Source of the DNA: Patescibacteria group bacterium
GTDB taxonomy: Bacteria; Patescibacteriota; Patescibacteriia; UBA1558; GWA2-36-10
Assembly: GCA_028718865.1 (NCBI GenBank)
Contig: JAQUKX010000001.1
Coordinates: forward strand, 64,067 to 128,066
Direction: 5' to 3'
Length of the DNA stretch: 64,000 nt
Part shown: positions 1 through 10,208 of the stretch, one piece after another
How positions within the stretch are numbered: position 1 is the first letter of the stretch
How the letters are laid out: every line of letters starts with the position of its first letter
Made by a program: the position numbers and the translations under genes
Notes under the pieces: generated by a model
The model's input: only the letters and a program-made list of their open reading frames with translations
Told to the model about the DNA's origin: nothing
The model's database searches: none

Positions 1-494
1 AAAATAAGATAATTACCGGCCGATCGGGCCAACTGACCTCCTTTTAAAGGATTAAGCTCAACATTGTGTACCTGGGTGCCTGTAGGAATTTTTTTCAAAG
101 GCAGGCAATTACCGATTTTAATCGGGGCTTTTTTCAAAGAAGAAATCACTTTATCGCCGGCTTTTAAACCTTCCGGAGCAATGATATAACGCCTAGCGCC
201 ATCAATATAAACCAATAAAGCAATATTGGCATTGCGGTTGGGATCGTACTCTACTGACTCCACACGAGAAGCAATGTCAAACTTGTCTCTTTTAAAATCA
301 ACAATTCTGATATATTGCCTGGCGCCGCCGCCTTGATGACGAACCGTGATTCTACCAGTATTGTTGCGGCCAGATTTTTTGATTTTTTTCACCACCAGAG
401 ATTTTTCCGGTCTTTTTTTGGTCAGCCCATCTCTAAGCAGGACGCTGGTTTTACGTCGGGCAGGAGTGGTTGGTTTGTAAACTTTAATTGGCAT
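1..494 (-). CDS. rplB: 50S ribosomal protein L2, N-terminal part (gene runs off window start)
   Basis: Own minus-strand translation from ATG near 494 gives [19 protein letters not shown]...[17 protein letters not shown], the typical L2 N-terminus. Position after rplW matches S10-operon order. Not in the ORF track because it is truncated. Confidence 0.8.
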   Translation of the reverse strand, partial: MPIKVYKPTTPARRKTSVLLRDGLTKKRPEKSLVVKKIKKSGRNNTGRITVRHQGGGARQYIRIVDFKRDKFDIASRVESVEYDPNRNANIALLVYIDGARRYIIAPEGLKAGDKVISSLKKAPIKIGNCLPLKKIPTGTQVHNVELNPLKGGQLARSAGNYLI

Positions 495-529
495 ATTTTT
501 GCTTATAGCTTAGGGATTAATGGTCCTTA

Positions 530-946
530 TTATATTCCTTCGTAAAGTTTGATGCTATCTCCTTTTTTCAAAGTAACCACGGCTTTTTTAGTATTTTTGG
601 TCTGGCCAAAATAACGGCCAAAGCGCACCTGTCTGCCTCTTTGATTAACAATATTAACTGCTTGCGGATTAATACCGTAAACCTCTTTGATAGCTTTTTT
701 TATTTCTACTTTGTTAGCGTCTTGAGCCACCTCAAAAACATATTTATTGAGGGAAACGCCGATAGTAGCTTTTTCGGAAATAATCGGCCGAATGAGAATA
801 CGATAAGCTCGCTGGACTTTATTTTGCCCAGCTGATTTGACGACTTTGCTATCTTCTGTCTTTTTGTCATCAACTGGTAAAGCAGCTTTCTTTTGGCTAC
901 TCTCCTTAATCTCCGCTTCTGATTTTTTTCTTTTAAACAAACCCAT
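530..946 (-). CDS. rplW: 50S ribosomal protein L23 with about 45-aa K/E-rich N-terminal extension
   Basis: The ORF contains the L23 core YRILIRPIISEKA...KYVFEV...VN. It sits between rplD and rplB. Confidence 0.8.
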   Translation of the reverse strand: MGLFKRKKSEAEIKESSQKKAALPVDDKKTEDSKVVKSAGQNKVQRAYRILIRPIISEKATIGVSLNKYVFEVAQDANKVEIKKAIKEVYGINPQAVNIVNQRGRQVRFGRYFGQTKNTKKAVVTLKKGDSIKLYEGI

Positions 947-950
947 ATCT

Positions 951-1601
951 TTAGGAATAATGTTGGCTTACTTTTTTAAGCATTTCTTGATTGATAAGCA
1001 GATATTCACTGCTCAGCAAGTCTACTACGTTCAAGCTGGCATAATTGATGGTTTTTACCTTAGGTAAATTCTTAGCGGCAATCACTATATTTTCTTTGGC
1101 CTCTTGGCTGACAATCAAGGTCTTTTTTCCTTTGAGGGGCAAAGTGTCCAAAGCCTGCTTAAGCAACTTAGTTCTGGCCTCCGGTAAATTATAAGCATCG
1201 ACTAGCACTAGCTTCTGATTGGCCACTTTATCACTTAGCACCATTGCCAATGCTTTTTTCTTTACTTTTTTATTTATCTTGACGGAAAAATTTCTTTCCT
1301 TGGTCGGTCCAAAAGTCACGCCGCCGCCCGACCACAAAGGAGAACGAATTGAGCCGTGTCGAGCTCGACCAGTGCCTTTTTGGCGCCAAGGCTTGGCACC
1401 GCCGCCTCTTACTTCTGCTCGGCCTTTGGCGTGAGCCAAAATCTGACGGGAGTTTTTTTGCTGAGCCAAAACCGCTTCTTGAATCAAAGCCGGACTGACT
1501 GTTACGCCAAAAAGAGCTGGATCCAGTTTTTCTTCACCTGCTGACTGGCCCTTAAAATCGTATAATTTGACCGTTAAAGATTGTTTCTTTTTTTCCGCCA
1601 T
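951..1601 (-). CDS. rplD: 50S ribosomal protein L4
   Basis: 216-aa ORF with L4-like sequence (GTGRARHGS, RSPLWSGGGVTFGP). Synteny rplC-rplD-rplW. Confidence 0.85.
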   Translation of the reverse strand: MAEKKKQSLTVKLYDFKGQSAGEEKLDPALFGVTVSPALIQEAVLAQQKNSRQILAHAKGRAEVRGGGAKPWRQKGTGRARHGSIRSPLWSGGGVTFGPTKERNFSVKINKKVKKKALAMVLSDKVANQKLVLVDAYNLPEARTKLLKQALDTLPLKGKKTLIVSQEAKENIVIAAKNLPKVKTINYASLNVVDLLSSEYLLINQEMLKKVSQHYS

Positions 1602-1627
1602 AAAAATTTTATTAAAACCTACCGCGT

Positions 1628-2473
1628 TTATTTGTCTTTATCTTTGACAGTTGCCGCTTTTTCTTCTTCTGCCTGTATATCTGAACTTTCTTTAATTTCT
1701 ATTTCTTCTTTGGCCGAAACTGGCTTGGCTTCTTTTTCTTCTACTATCTGCTCTTTTGCCATTTTATCAGCTTCTGCCTTGTCTGCTATTGGAGTTGCTT
1801 CGGTTTTTTCTTCTGGCTTGACTGCGGCTGCTTTGACTTCTTCTTTGGCCAAAAATTTTATTTCTCCACTGGGACAAAGTATCTCCACCAAAGAACCGCG
1901 ATGTCCGGCAATAGCTCCTTTGATATAAATCAAGTTGGCTTGCGGATCAACTTCAGCAATTTCCAAATTCTTCAAAGTCACGGTGTCAGTGCCCATGCGG
2001 CCGGCCATTCTAGTACCCTTGAAAACCCTGGCCGGATCAGTCGCGCCGATAGAGCCCGGCATCCTCAATTGATCTTTATGGCCATGGGTGGCTGGTGAAC
2101 CAGCAAACCCATGTCTTTTGACTACTCCTTGGAAGCCCTTGCCTTTGGAAACGGCTCTGGCGTCAACAATATCGCCAGCAACGAAAGTATCTACTCCAAA
2201 AATCTGCCCACGGGAAAAAGCAAAACTATCCTTCACTCTGAACTCCTTCAAATAACGAAAATTATCCAAACCCTGCAAATGCCCGGCCTGTGACTTGTTC
2301 AATTTTTTCTTCAAGTCATAGCCGATTTGGACTGCCTGATAACCATCTTTTTCGCCTTTTACCTGAACCACGGTGCAAGGACCAGCCGAAACAACCGTCA
2401 CCGGAATAACTGTACCGTCAGCGGTAAACTTCTGAGTCATTTTCAACTTTTTTCCTAAAATAAACTTGGCCAT
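1628..2473 (-). CDS. rplC: 50S ribosomal protein L3 with about 70-aa K/E/A-rich C-terminal tail
   Basis: L3 core FILGKKLKMTQ...FKGTRMAGRMG is present. The C-terminus is low-complexity (KEEVKAAAVKPEEK...). It follows rpsJ. Confidence 0.9.
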   Translation of the reverse strand: MAKFILGKKLKMTQKFTADGTVIPVTVVSAGPCTVVQVKGEKDGYQAVQIGYDLKKKLNKSQAGHLQGLDNFRYLKEFRVKDSFAFSRGQIFGVDTFVAGDIVDARAVSKGKGFQGVVKRHGFAGSPATHGHKDQLRMPGSIGATDPARVFKGTRMAGRMGTDTVTLKNLEIAEVDPQANLIYIKGAIAGHRGSLVEILCPSGEIKFLAKEEVKAAAVKPEEKTEATPIADKAEADKMAKEQIVEEKEAKPVSAKEEIEIKESSDIQAEEEKAATVKDKDK

Positions 2474-2715
2474 ATTATTTCCACTTTTTATAAAAAATGC
2501 GATTTTATTCTCAAAAAATAACTGCCTTTAAGAACAAAATCGCATTTGCCAGCCGCAAACTTCGCAGCTGATTATTTATTTTGTTTTTGCTAAATAAGGC
2601 GATTTTATTCCTTTGCATCAAAGCCATATCGTCGACTCGGTACTTCCCTTTTATTTAAATTAAGGGGTTGCGCAAGCTGACAAAAGCTTTTTACTCCCTA
2701 GTAAACTAGGTTATT

Positions 2716-3048
2716 TTACATTTTAATTTCCAAATCCACACCCGCCGGCAAATTGAGATTTTGCAAAGCGTCCACTGTCTGGGCAGTAGGATTGATGATA
2801 TCCAACAACCGCTTGTGCACTCGCATCTCATATTGATCACGAGCATCTTTATGGACAAAAGTTGACCGCAAAACAGTAAACTTCTTTTTTTCCGTAGGCA
2901 AAGGAATGGGGCCGATTATTTTGGCTCCGGTCCTGTCAACCGTATCAATGATGGTCTTGGTAGATTGATCAATAATCTTGTGATCGTAGGCTCTGATTTT
3001 GATACGGATCCTAAACTGATTTTCGTCTTTTACCTCTTTAACTGGCAT
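2716..3048 (-). CDS. rpsJ: 30S ribosomal protein S10
   Basis: 110-aa ORF with [14 protein letters not shown]...STKTIID, canonical S10. The ATG position was verified on the sequence. Confidence 0.95.
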   Translation of the reverse strand: MPVKEVKDENQFRIRIKIRAYDHKIIDQSTKTIIDTVDRTGAKIIGPIPLPTEKKKFTVLRSTFVHKDARDQYEMRVHKRLLDIINPTAQTVDALQNLNLPAGVDLEIKM

Positions 3049-3097
3049 GGTAGTCTCTTGATTGTTAAACTGCTTAAAATAATTATTACTAACTTAT

Positions 3098-3129
3098 CCA
3101 GCCCAGCCCCTCGCGAGGGGCTGGGCTGG
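3098..3129 (-). terminator. perfect 16-bp GC-rich palindrome between tuf stop and rpsJ start; terminator or attenuator
   Basis: ccagcccagcccctcg/cgaggggctgggctgg seen directly. It lies 9 nt downstream of the tuf stop on the minus strand. Confidence 0.6.
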
Positions 3130-3137
3130 AAATAAAT

Positions 3138-4325
3138 TTACTTGATAATTTTGGTGACCACACCGGCACCGACAGTACGTCCGCCTTCGCGGATAGCAAA
3201 GCGGGATTTTTCTTCCAAGGCAACCGAGGTAATCAATTTAATAGTCAAATTGACCGTGTCTCCAGGCATGACCATTTCTGCTCCTTCTGGTAAAAATACT
3301 TCACCAGTTACATCGGTAGTACGGATATAAAACTGTGGTTTGTAGCCCTTGAAAAAAGGAGTATGGCGTCCGCCTTCTTCTTTGCTTAAGATATATACTT
3401 CAGCTTCAAATTCAGTATGCGGAGTAATAGTTCCTGGCTTAGCCAAAACTTGTCCGCGCTCCACCTCGTCTTTTTTGGTGCCGCGCAGTAAGAGTCCGGC
3501 ATTGTCTCCGGCTCGTCCTTCTTCCAATTGCTTGTTAAACATCTCAATACCGGTAATAACAGTCTTTTTAGTTTCACCCAAACCGACCATTTCTACCTCT
3601 TCATTGATTTTTACAATGCCTCTTTCAATTCTACCAGTAACCACGGTGCCACGACCTTCAATGGAAAAGATATCTTCTATCGGCATCAAGAAAGGATGCT
3701 CGACATCTCTTTGTGGCTCAGGAATATATTCATCCAAAGCTTTGACCAAGTCCAAAATAGGCTTAGCATCATCGCCGCTTGGATTTTCCAGAGCTTTCAA
3801 AGCTGTGCCGCGGATAATAGGTGTAGCGTCTCCTGGGAATTCATATTTTTTGAGTAAATCTCTGATTTCTTCTTCTACCAAATCGACCAATTCTGGATCG
3901 TCCACTTGGTCCATCTTGTTTAAGAAAACAACGATATAAGGCACGCCTACCTGACGAGCAAGCAAAATATGCTCTCTAGTCTGAGGCATGGGCCCGTCAG
4001 CAGCGGAAACGACCAAAATCGCTCCGTCCATCTGAGCAGCGCCGGTAATCATGTTTTTGACATAGTCAGCGTGACCAGGACAGTCAACGTGAGCATAGTG
4101 CCTGTTTTCAGACTCATACTCTACATGAGAAGTAGCAATGGTAATACCACGCTCTCTTTCTTCTGGAGCATTGTCAATCTGATCAACGTCCTTTTGCTGG
4201 GCAACGCCTCCGCTGGCGGCCAAGACTTTTAAGATAGCCGCTGTCAAAGTGGTCTTACCGTGGTCAACGTGACCAATGGTGCCCACGTTAACGTGTGGCT
4301 TTTCTCTTTTAAAAACTTCTGCCAT
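3138..4325 (-). CDS. tuf: elongation factor Tu
   Basis: [18 protein letters not shown] and NKMD motifs are present. True start is probably [13 protein letters not shown] at the ATG at 4323-4325, not the longer ORF ending at 4352. Confidence 0.95.
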   Translation of the reverse strand: MAEVFKREKPHVNVGTIGHVDHGKTTLTAAILKVLAASGGVAQQKDVDQIDNAPEERERGITIATSHVEYESENRHYAHVDCPGHADYVKNMITGAAQMDGAILVVSAADGPMPQTREHILLARQVGVPYIVVFLNKMDQVDDPELVDLVEEEIRDLLKKYEFPGDATPIIRGTALKALENPSGDDAKPILDLVKALDEYIPEPQRDVEHPFLMPIEDIFSIEGRGTVVTGRIERGIVKINEEVEMVGLGETKKTVITGIEMFNKQLEEGRAGDNAGLLLRGTKKDEVERGQVLAKPGTITPHTEFEAEVYILSKEEGGRHTPFFKGYKPQFYIRTTDVTGEVFLPEGAEMVMPGDTVNLTIKLITSVALEEKSRFAIREGGRTVGAGVVTKIIK

Positions 4326-4557
4326 TTTAAATTTTCTCCCAAATGATAGCATCCCTTACTTAATTGGGGAATTTGTAAACCAGCTATCTTAATTAAATTA
4401 TTTATTATTTAACCTTCAAATTACCGCGGTTAAAGCCCTTGATAATTCAAAGATGCTTTTTTAAAACAAACAGATTATAGCACTGTTTTTTATTTTTGGC
4501 AAGCCTTGGAGCCAAAAATAAACTACTATAACTTATTAGCTAACTTTAGCCAATAAT

Positions 4558-4932
4558 TTAATCTACTGGCTCTATATAATAACGGTTATCCTCTTCAGTC
4601 TTTATTTCTTTGGATTCAAGCGATGGCAAATTATCGGATTTTTGGCTGTCTTCAGGCTCAATTTTCATTAAATCATCTGCTTTGAAATCATCAAGATTAT
4701 AAGCATCTAGACTGTCCTGGGAAGCTTTCCAAACAGCAATATCTCGGTTGATTTTATCCAAAAGCTCATTTTCAGACAAATCTTTGAGAGAAGTAGAGCC
4801 AAAAATCAAAGCTTCGTAATCTTTGATGCCCATCAGCACATAAGGATCATGGCTATCCGACAAAACAATCACCTTATCCCCTGTTTTTAGGGCTAAATCA
4901 AGGACTTTTTCAATTTGTTTATACTTGGCCAT
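4558..4932 (-). CDS. hypothetical protein; N-terminal half weakly Phd/YefM-antitoxin-like, acidic C-terminal tail
   Basis: 124-aa ORF with ATG verified. No family confidently recognised. Confidence 0.45.
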   Translation of the reverse strand: MAKYKQIEKVLDLALKTGDKVIVLSDSHDPYVLMGIKDYEALIFGSTSLKDLSENELLDKINRDIAVWKASQDSLDAYNLDDFKADDLMKIEPEDSQKSDNLPSLESKEIKTEEDNRYYIEPVD

Positions 4933-5111
4933 TTTTTAAATAAAAAATACTATAAAGTTTGGATATTTTATGCAAAAATAAGAGTTTTGTCAAATTATTT
5001 AACCAAAATAGCCTTTTTGAGTTGACAAAAAGGAAAAATTATCCTAATTTATATAACTGTCCGCTCTTTTTCATCAACCTGTCCCTAAAACCCCAGACAA
5101 AGGAGTGTCGC

Positions 5112-5531
5112 ATGTTGAAATCGCCTACTTCCGTCTGTCCTTCCGTCATGGAACTGAAGTGCTTAATAGCTTGTTTGTTTGAAACTCCCAACCCTCATCC
5201 TGGACTGATATTTTTTGTTCTGTCGCTCTGCCGACAGAAAATCAAAAACAAAGTAAGCTCCTGGTATCACCTGGAGGTCAGTGAAAAGGAGCTCTTAGCT
5301 CTCCTTCATCAAGCTCAGCTAAGGCAAATCAAGAAACAACTACTCTGCATCCTGACCAAAAACCAGCATGGTCTTTTGACCAATGCTGACGCTGATTGGC
5401 TAACTGGAATCGTTGACGAGCTGGCCTTCGGCAATATCAGCGAAGAAGAGTTGGGCTTTACCGCCCAGTCTCTGACAGTCATCATTGACTGCATTCGCAA
5501 TGGCAACTGCGCCAAAGCAGTTGCCAACTAG
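5112..5531 (+). CDS. hypothetical protein (139 aa) in a GC-rich patch
   Basis: Strong SD aaaggag sits 6 nt before the ATG at 5112. It is in frame with track ORF 4959..5531. Local GC is about 50% against about 40% in flanks. A GC-rich terminator follows. Confidence 0.45.
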   Translation: MLKSPTSVCPSVMELKCLIACLFETPNPHPGLIFFVLSLCRQKIKNKVSSWYHLEVSEKELLALLHQAQLRQIKKQLLCILTKNQHGLLTNADADWLTGIVDELAFGNISEEELGFTAQSLTVIIDCIRNGNCAKAVAN

Positions 5532-5543
5532 GGACAAGTGCTT

Positions 5544-5591
5544 GAGCTCGCCTCGCCCTGCAAACGCAGTGGCAGGCGGGCTCACTTTTTT
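5544..5591 (+). terminator. imperfect GC-rich hairpin plus T6 run after the 5112..5531 ORF
   Basis: gagctcgcctcgccctgc...gcaggcgggctc followed by tttttt. Confidence 0.45.
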
Positions 5592-5776
5592 ATAAAATCA
5601 ATTCTTTCTAGAAAGAGAACGCTGATAATAACGATAAAAATCAAAAGCTGCAAAAAGAGAGTGTCTACGCAGCCAAATTTTGATTTTTTTATTCATTTTA
5701 AACATAAATTTTTACTATCTGTAATAAAAAACGGAAAAAATCTAAAAAAGTAACAATCTGAAAAAAATATTGGACT

Positions 5777-5814
5777 AAAAAACCCCCGCCCGGCATGCGC
5801 CGGGCGGGGGTTTT
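5777..5814. terminator. bidirectional rho-independent terminator downstream of fusA
   Basis: A6-cccccgcccggc-atgc-gccgggcggggg-T4, a 12-bp perfect GC stem flanked by A and T runs. Confidence 0.8.
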
Positions 5815-5825
5815 AAAATAATATT

Positions 5826-7919
5826 TTAGGCTTTTTTCATTATCTCAGCAGCAACATTTTGAGGAACTTGGCTGTATTTGCCGAATTCCATGCTGTAGCT
5901 GGCTCGACCCTGAGTCATAGAGCGCAAAGAAGTGGCATAGCCAAACATTTCTGATAAAGGCACTTCCGCGCTAATAACCTTGGCCGTAGCTCGGTCTGAC
6001 ATTTCGTTTATCTGACCTCGCTTGGAATTTAGATCGCCAATAACATCACCCATATACTGCTCAGGAGTAACTACCTCCACTTTCATAATCGGCTCCAAAA
6101 TAACTGGATTGGCTTTTTTGAAAGCTTCTTTGAAGGCCATTGATCCAGCCACTTTGAAAGCAGCTTCAGAAGAGTCAACATCATGGTAACTGCCATCATA
6201 GACCACTGCTTTGAGATCCTGCACTGGATAACCAGCCAAGATGCCGTTATCCATAGCTTCTTTGATACCCTTGTCTATAGCGGGAATATATTCTTTGGGG
6301 ATAATACCTCCTTTGACTTCATCGCCAAATTCATAACCCTTGCCTCTTTCCAAAGGTTCTACTCTCAACCAGCAGTGGCCGTATTGACCGCGTCCACCTG
6401 ACTGCTTGATGTATTTACCTTCAGCTTGAGCTGTAGCGGTAATAGTTTCTTTGTAAGCCACTTGCGGAGCGCCGACATTGGCCTCAACTGAAAACTCACG
6501 ACGCATGCGATCAACAATAATATCCAAATGAAGCTCGCCCATGCCACCGATAATAGTCTGATTGGTCTCCTCGTCGCTTCTGATGGTAAAAGTAGGATCT
6601 TCTTCCGCCAACTTGCCCAAAGCAATGCCCATTTTCTCTTGGTCGGCCTTGGTCTTGGGCTCCACTGCCACATGAATAACTGGCTCGGGGAAATCCATTG
6701 ATTCCAAAACCACTTCTCTTTTTTCGTCAACCAAAGTATGGCCAGTGGTCGTGTCTTTGAGTCCGACTACGGCTACAATATCACCGGTAAATATTTCCGA
6801 AACTTCTTCTCGACTATTGGCATGCATCCTGACTATGCGGCCTATTCTTTCTTTTTTGCCGTTGTTGCTGTTGACAACATAGGAACCGGCTGAAAGCTTG
6901 CCAGCATAGACTCGGATAAAAGTGAGCTTACCAACATAAGGATCAGTGGCTATTTTAAAAGCCAAAGCAACAAAAGGCTCATCATCGCTAGCTTTGACAA
7001 TCACTTTACTTTCTTCATCGTCCGGTTCATGGCCGTTTATATCTGGCACATCCAAAGGAGAAGGCAAATAAGAAACAATGGCGTCAAGCAAAAATTGCAC
7101 GCCTTTGTTTTTTAAAGCCGAACCGCAGAAAACCGGAACAATCTTATTGTCAGTGGTGGCCTGACGCAAAACTTTTTTCAACTCAATAATATCAGGCTCT
7201 TGGCCGTTTAGATATTTTTCCATCAAAACCTCGTCATGCTCAACAATAGCCTCAATCAGTTTGCCACGATATTCCTCTACCTTCTCTGCCATATCCGCCG
7301 GAATTTCCCTTTTCTCATATTGTTTGCCTTCTTCGTCAAGATAATACCAAGCTTCTTTTTCCAGCAAATTGATAATACCGACAAAAGTTTCAGCCGCGCC
7401 AATAGGCAACTGCATGGGATAAGCTGCTTTGGTCAAACGATCATGAATGGTCTTGAGGTCAAAATAAAAATCAGCACCCATTCTGTCCATCTTGTTGATA
7501 AAGGCCAGTCGCGGCACATGATATTTATCCGCCTGACGCCAAACAGTCTCTGACTGAGGCTCAACTCCGGCTACGCCGTCAAAAACAATCACGCCGCCAT
7601 CTAGCACGCGCAACGATCTTTCCACTTCAACAGTAAAATCGACGTGTCCTGGCGTATCGATAATATTGATATTGGCTTTATCACCTCCCAGCCAATCCGG
7701 TAGACTCCAAAAACAAGTAGTGGCCGCGGAAGTAATAGTAATGCCTCGTTCTTTTTCCTGCTCCATCCAGTCCATCTCTGCCTGACCTTCATGCACTTCG
7801 CCAACTTTATGTTTTTTGCCGGTATAAAAAAGAATACGCTCGGAAACCGTGGTTTTGCCAGCGTCAATGTGGGCGATAATGCCTATGTTTCTTACTTTTT
7901 CTAAAGGATGTCTAGCCAT
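5826..7919 (-). CDS. fusA: elongation factor G
   Basis: 697-aa ORF with [17 protein letters not shown] and NKMD motifs. str-operon position. Confidence 0.95.
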   Translation of the reverse strand: MARHPLEKVRNIGIIAHIDAGKTTVSERILFYTGKKHKVGEVHEGQAEMDWMEQEKERGITITSAATTCFWSLPDWLGGDKANINIIDTPGHVDFTVEVERSLRVLDGGVIVFDGVAGVEPQSETVWRQADKYHVPRLAFINKMDRMGADFYFDLKTIHDRLTKAAYPMQLPIGAAETFVGIINLLEKEAWYYLDEEGKQYEKREIPADMAEKVEEYRGKLIEAIVEHDEVLMEKYLNGQEPDIIELKKVLRQATTDNKIVPVFCGSALKNKGVQFLLDAIVSYLPSPLDVPDINGHEPDDEESKVIVKASDDEPFVALAFKIATDPYVGKLTFIRVYAGKLSAGSYVVNSNNGKKERIGRIVRMHANSREEVSEIFTGDIVAVVGLKDTTTGHTLVDEKREVVLESMDFPEPVIHVAVEPKTKADQEKMGIALGKLAEEDPTFTIRSDEETNQTIIGGMGELHLDIIVDRMRREFSVEANVGAPQVAYKETITATAQAEGKYIKQSGGRGQYGHCWLRVEPLERGKGYEFGDEVKGGIIPKEYIPAIDKGIKEAMDNGILAGYPVQDLKAVVYDGSYHDVDSSEAAFKVAGSMAFKEAFKKANPVILEPIMKVEVVTPEQYMGDVIGDLNSKRGQINEMSDRATAKVISAEVPLSEMFGYATSLRSMTQGRASYSMEFGKYSQVPQNVAAEIMKKA

Positions 7920-8051
7920 AATTTTAGCTTATAGCCTATGGTGTTATAGTTTATAATTTTATACTACCACTAAGCTTAATTAATACTTTAAATTTATATT
8001 TAACTTAAAAGCTAACGACTATAAGCCATTAGCTATATGCTACTTATCATT

Positions 8052-8516
8052 TTAGGCAAAGTGAGCAAAGGCTTTATTGGATTCAGCCATCTTCTGAACA
8101 TCTTCTCTTTTTTTCATGGCTGCTCCCTCGCCTTTGGCGGCAGCTATCAATTCTTCCGCTAGCTTGACGGACATAGCTGCTCCTTTTCTAGCTTTAGCTG
8201 CTTCTATTAGCCAACGATGAGCCAAAAGCATTTTTCTGTCACCAACCACTACTACCGGCACCTGATAATTGGCGCCGCCGATTCTTTTACCTTTTACTTC
8301 CAAATTGGGAGCAACATTTCTAATAGCAGCGTCATAAATCTCTATCGGATCCTGCTTGGTCTTATTAGAAATGTGATCAAAAGCTCCATAGACAATTTTT
8401 TCTGCCGTAGTTTTTTTGCCACGCTGCATTATTTTGTTTATCAGTTTGGCAATATCCAAACGGTGGAATTTGGAATCAGGATTAATAACTCGTTTTGGTG
8501 CTTGTTTTCCTCTCAT
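8052..8516 (-). CDS. rpsG: 30S ribosomal protein S7
   Basis: 154-aa ORF with classic S7 sequence (KRVINPDSKF..., MLLAHRWL). Confidence 0.95.
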   Translation of the reverse strand: MRGKQAPKRVINPDSKFHRLDIAKLINKIMQRGKKTTAEKIVYGAFDHISNKTKQDPIEIYDAAIRNVAPNLEVKGKRIGGANYQVPVVVVGDRKMLLAHRWLIEAAKARKGAAMSVKLAEELIAAAKGEGAAMKKREDVQKMAESNKAFAHFA

Positions 8517-8547
8517 ATTATTTTATCGGAAATTTTATCAAAATAAA

Positions 8548-8979
8548 TTAACTTTTTTTACTGGCTTTTTCTTTTTTGGCGCCATAAAGAGAACGGCCTT
8601 GTTTGCGATTTTGTACCCCTTGAGTGTCGAAAACTCCACGGACAATATGATAACGCACGCCCGGCAAGTCTTTGACTCTGCCGCCTCTAATCATTACAAT
8701 GCTGTGCTCCTGAAGATTGTGACCTTCGCCAGGAATATAAGCCGTGACTTCCATACCGTTGGAAAGCCGGACTCTGGCGATTTTGCGCAAAGCAGAGTTA
8801 GGTTTCTTGGGAGTGGTGGTAGTCACTTTCAAACAAACCCCTCGCTTAAAAGCTGCTCCTTTGGGCAGTTCGGAGCGACGACGACGCAAAGTATTAAAAA
8901 CAGTTTTTAAAGCCGGGGTTTTGCTTTTGGCTTTTTGCTGTTTTCTAGGTTTTTTTAACAATTGATTGACTGTGGGCAT
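8548..8979 (-). CDS. rpsL: 30S ribosomal protein S12 with short basic C-terminal extension
   Basis: [12 protein letters not shown]...[10 protein letters not shown]...[14 protein letters not shown] is present. The tail [13 protein letters not shown] is extra. Confidence 0.95.
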   Translation of the reverse strand: MPTVNQLLKKPRKQQKAKSKTPALKTVFNTLRRRRSELPKGAAFKRGVCLKVTTTTPKKPNSALRKIARVRLSNGMEVTAYIPGEGHNLQEHSIVMIRGGRVKDLPGVRYHIVRGVFDTQGVQNRKQGRSLYGAKKEKASKKS

Positions 8980-9120
8980 ATTAAAATTTTAGATTGTCTC
9001 TAGTATAAAACTATTTATTGAAAAAAAGCTATTGGCTATAGCGAACTGCTTCTAGTCATTAGCCGTGAAATGCCACAATAAAATAGCATAAAAAAATAAA
9101 TAGGTCAACAGTATTAGCTA

Positions 9121-9169
9121 AAAATAACACCCCTCTCCCGCTGACTTATAAAAATCTTTGGGAGAGGGG
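9121..9169 (-). terminator. rho-independent terminator after the GC-rich lipoprotein gene; a second short hairpin lies at 9180-9197
   Basis: cccctctccc...gggagagggg is a 10-bp stem, followed on the minus strand by UGUUAUUUUU. Confidence 0.65.
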
Positions 9170-9201
9170 CTGATGCAAAGGCTCCGATGGTGGGAGCCTG
9201 A

Positions 9202-9846
9202 CTAGTCAATCAAGACATAGTCGATAATGGGGCTAGCATTGGCGTCACGAAGCAGAACCGTCGGGCTCTCGCCGTCGTCCTTCCATTCAACCGAAAAAAT
9301 AGGCGCCTCCAACAACAAGGGGGAGTTATTACGGAACACGAACCAAGCGTACTCACCGCTTGTCACATAGGTGGGATACGCCCATCCTGCCTTGACGTGC
9401 ATGCTGAAGGGGTATCCGGAATCCAGACCCGTGCCACGAGCCATGCTGCCAGGCTCGTGGTTGTAGATCTCGCCGACGCCAGAGTTAACAAGGGTCCAAC
9501 CATTCTGATCGGAAATACTTACCACGAATGGCAAGTAATATCCCCTGACTTCTCCGGAGACATAAATGATCTGCTTGACTTCCCAGTAGAAATAGCCGCC
9601 GGAACTGCCTTGCGAACGGACAGCTAAAACCAAGGTGTCGGGATCCTCCGTCTTGAGATGACGGAAGAACTGAGAATTGCTGGACTGGCCGGCAATAGCC
9701 TGAGCCATTGATTGCTCGAAGTTGTGAAGAGTGTCTTGAGAGCTGCCATCCACGGCAGGCGGGGTAACCTGATTGACATTATCACAACCAGTGACCCAAG
9801 CCAGACAAGCCAGGATAAGCAGGGCAATCCAGGTGAACCGTTTCAT
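9202..9846 (-). CDS. putative lipoprotein of atypical (about 52% GC) composition; probable horizontal acquisition
   Basis: Signal peptide with lipobox (LACLAWVTGC). Codon usage is rich in ctg/ggc, unlike neighbours. ATG verified. Confidence 0.6.
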   Translation of the reverse strand: MKRFTWIALLILACLAWVTGCDNVNQVTPPAVDGSSQDTLHNFEQSMAQAIAGQSSNSQFFRHLKTEDPDTLVLAVRSQGSSGGYFYWEVKQIIYVSGEVRGYYLPFVVSISDQNGWTLVNSGVGEIYNHEPGSMARGTGLDSGYPFSMHVKAGWAYPTYVTSGEYAWFVFRNNSPLLLEAPIFSVEWKDDGESPTVLLRDANASPIIDYVLID

Positions 9847-10124
9847 GATCTGTTTTCCTTCCCGGAAAAATTATGGTTCCTTGCCTTTAAAAAGGCGTTC
9901 TGCACAATGAAATGCGCAGTTTCCCCTCCCAATAAAAAATAGCGTCCCCTCAACGCTTTCTTTCAACTCCTTTCTTGGCTAAATTGATGTAAACTGCAAA
10001 GCAAAAGATGCATAACCCAAAAGCTGCGTGAACGATCTATAAATTAAACCCAGTTACGGGTAGAAAACTTCAATGAACTTTAACAAACAGTTACACAGTA
10101 TACTATTCAATAATATTTCTGTCA

Positions 10125-10208
10125 ATAAAAAGAGGCCCCCGACGAGTACCGCTTTTACTAGTAGGAAGGAAAAAATCCTATCCACCAATAAAAGGGTAGT
10201 CGGGGGCC
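10125..10208 (-). terminator. 84-nt imperfect long hairpin closed by 10-bp GGCCCCCGAC/GUCGGGGGCC and followed by a U-run; terminator or part of an ncRNA
   Basis: Seen directly. It lies in a GC-rich non-coding stretch downstream of the M50 protease gene on the minus strand. Confidence 0.4.

Noticed and set aside
315-545. Plus-strand 76-aa ORF
   Set aside because: It lies entirely antisense within rplB, and the L2 reading frame on the minus strand is unambiguous.
3349-3939. Plus-strand 196-aa ORF and other long antisense ORFs (22677..23438, 28767..29048, 51404..51859 and similar)
   Set aside because: They are embedded antisense in tuf, ftsZ, the giant protein gene and gyrB. Each has a low-complexity Ser/Pro-rich translation typical of antisense frames of real genes.
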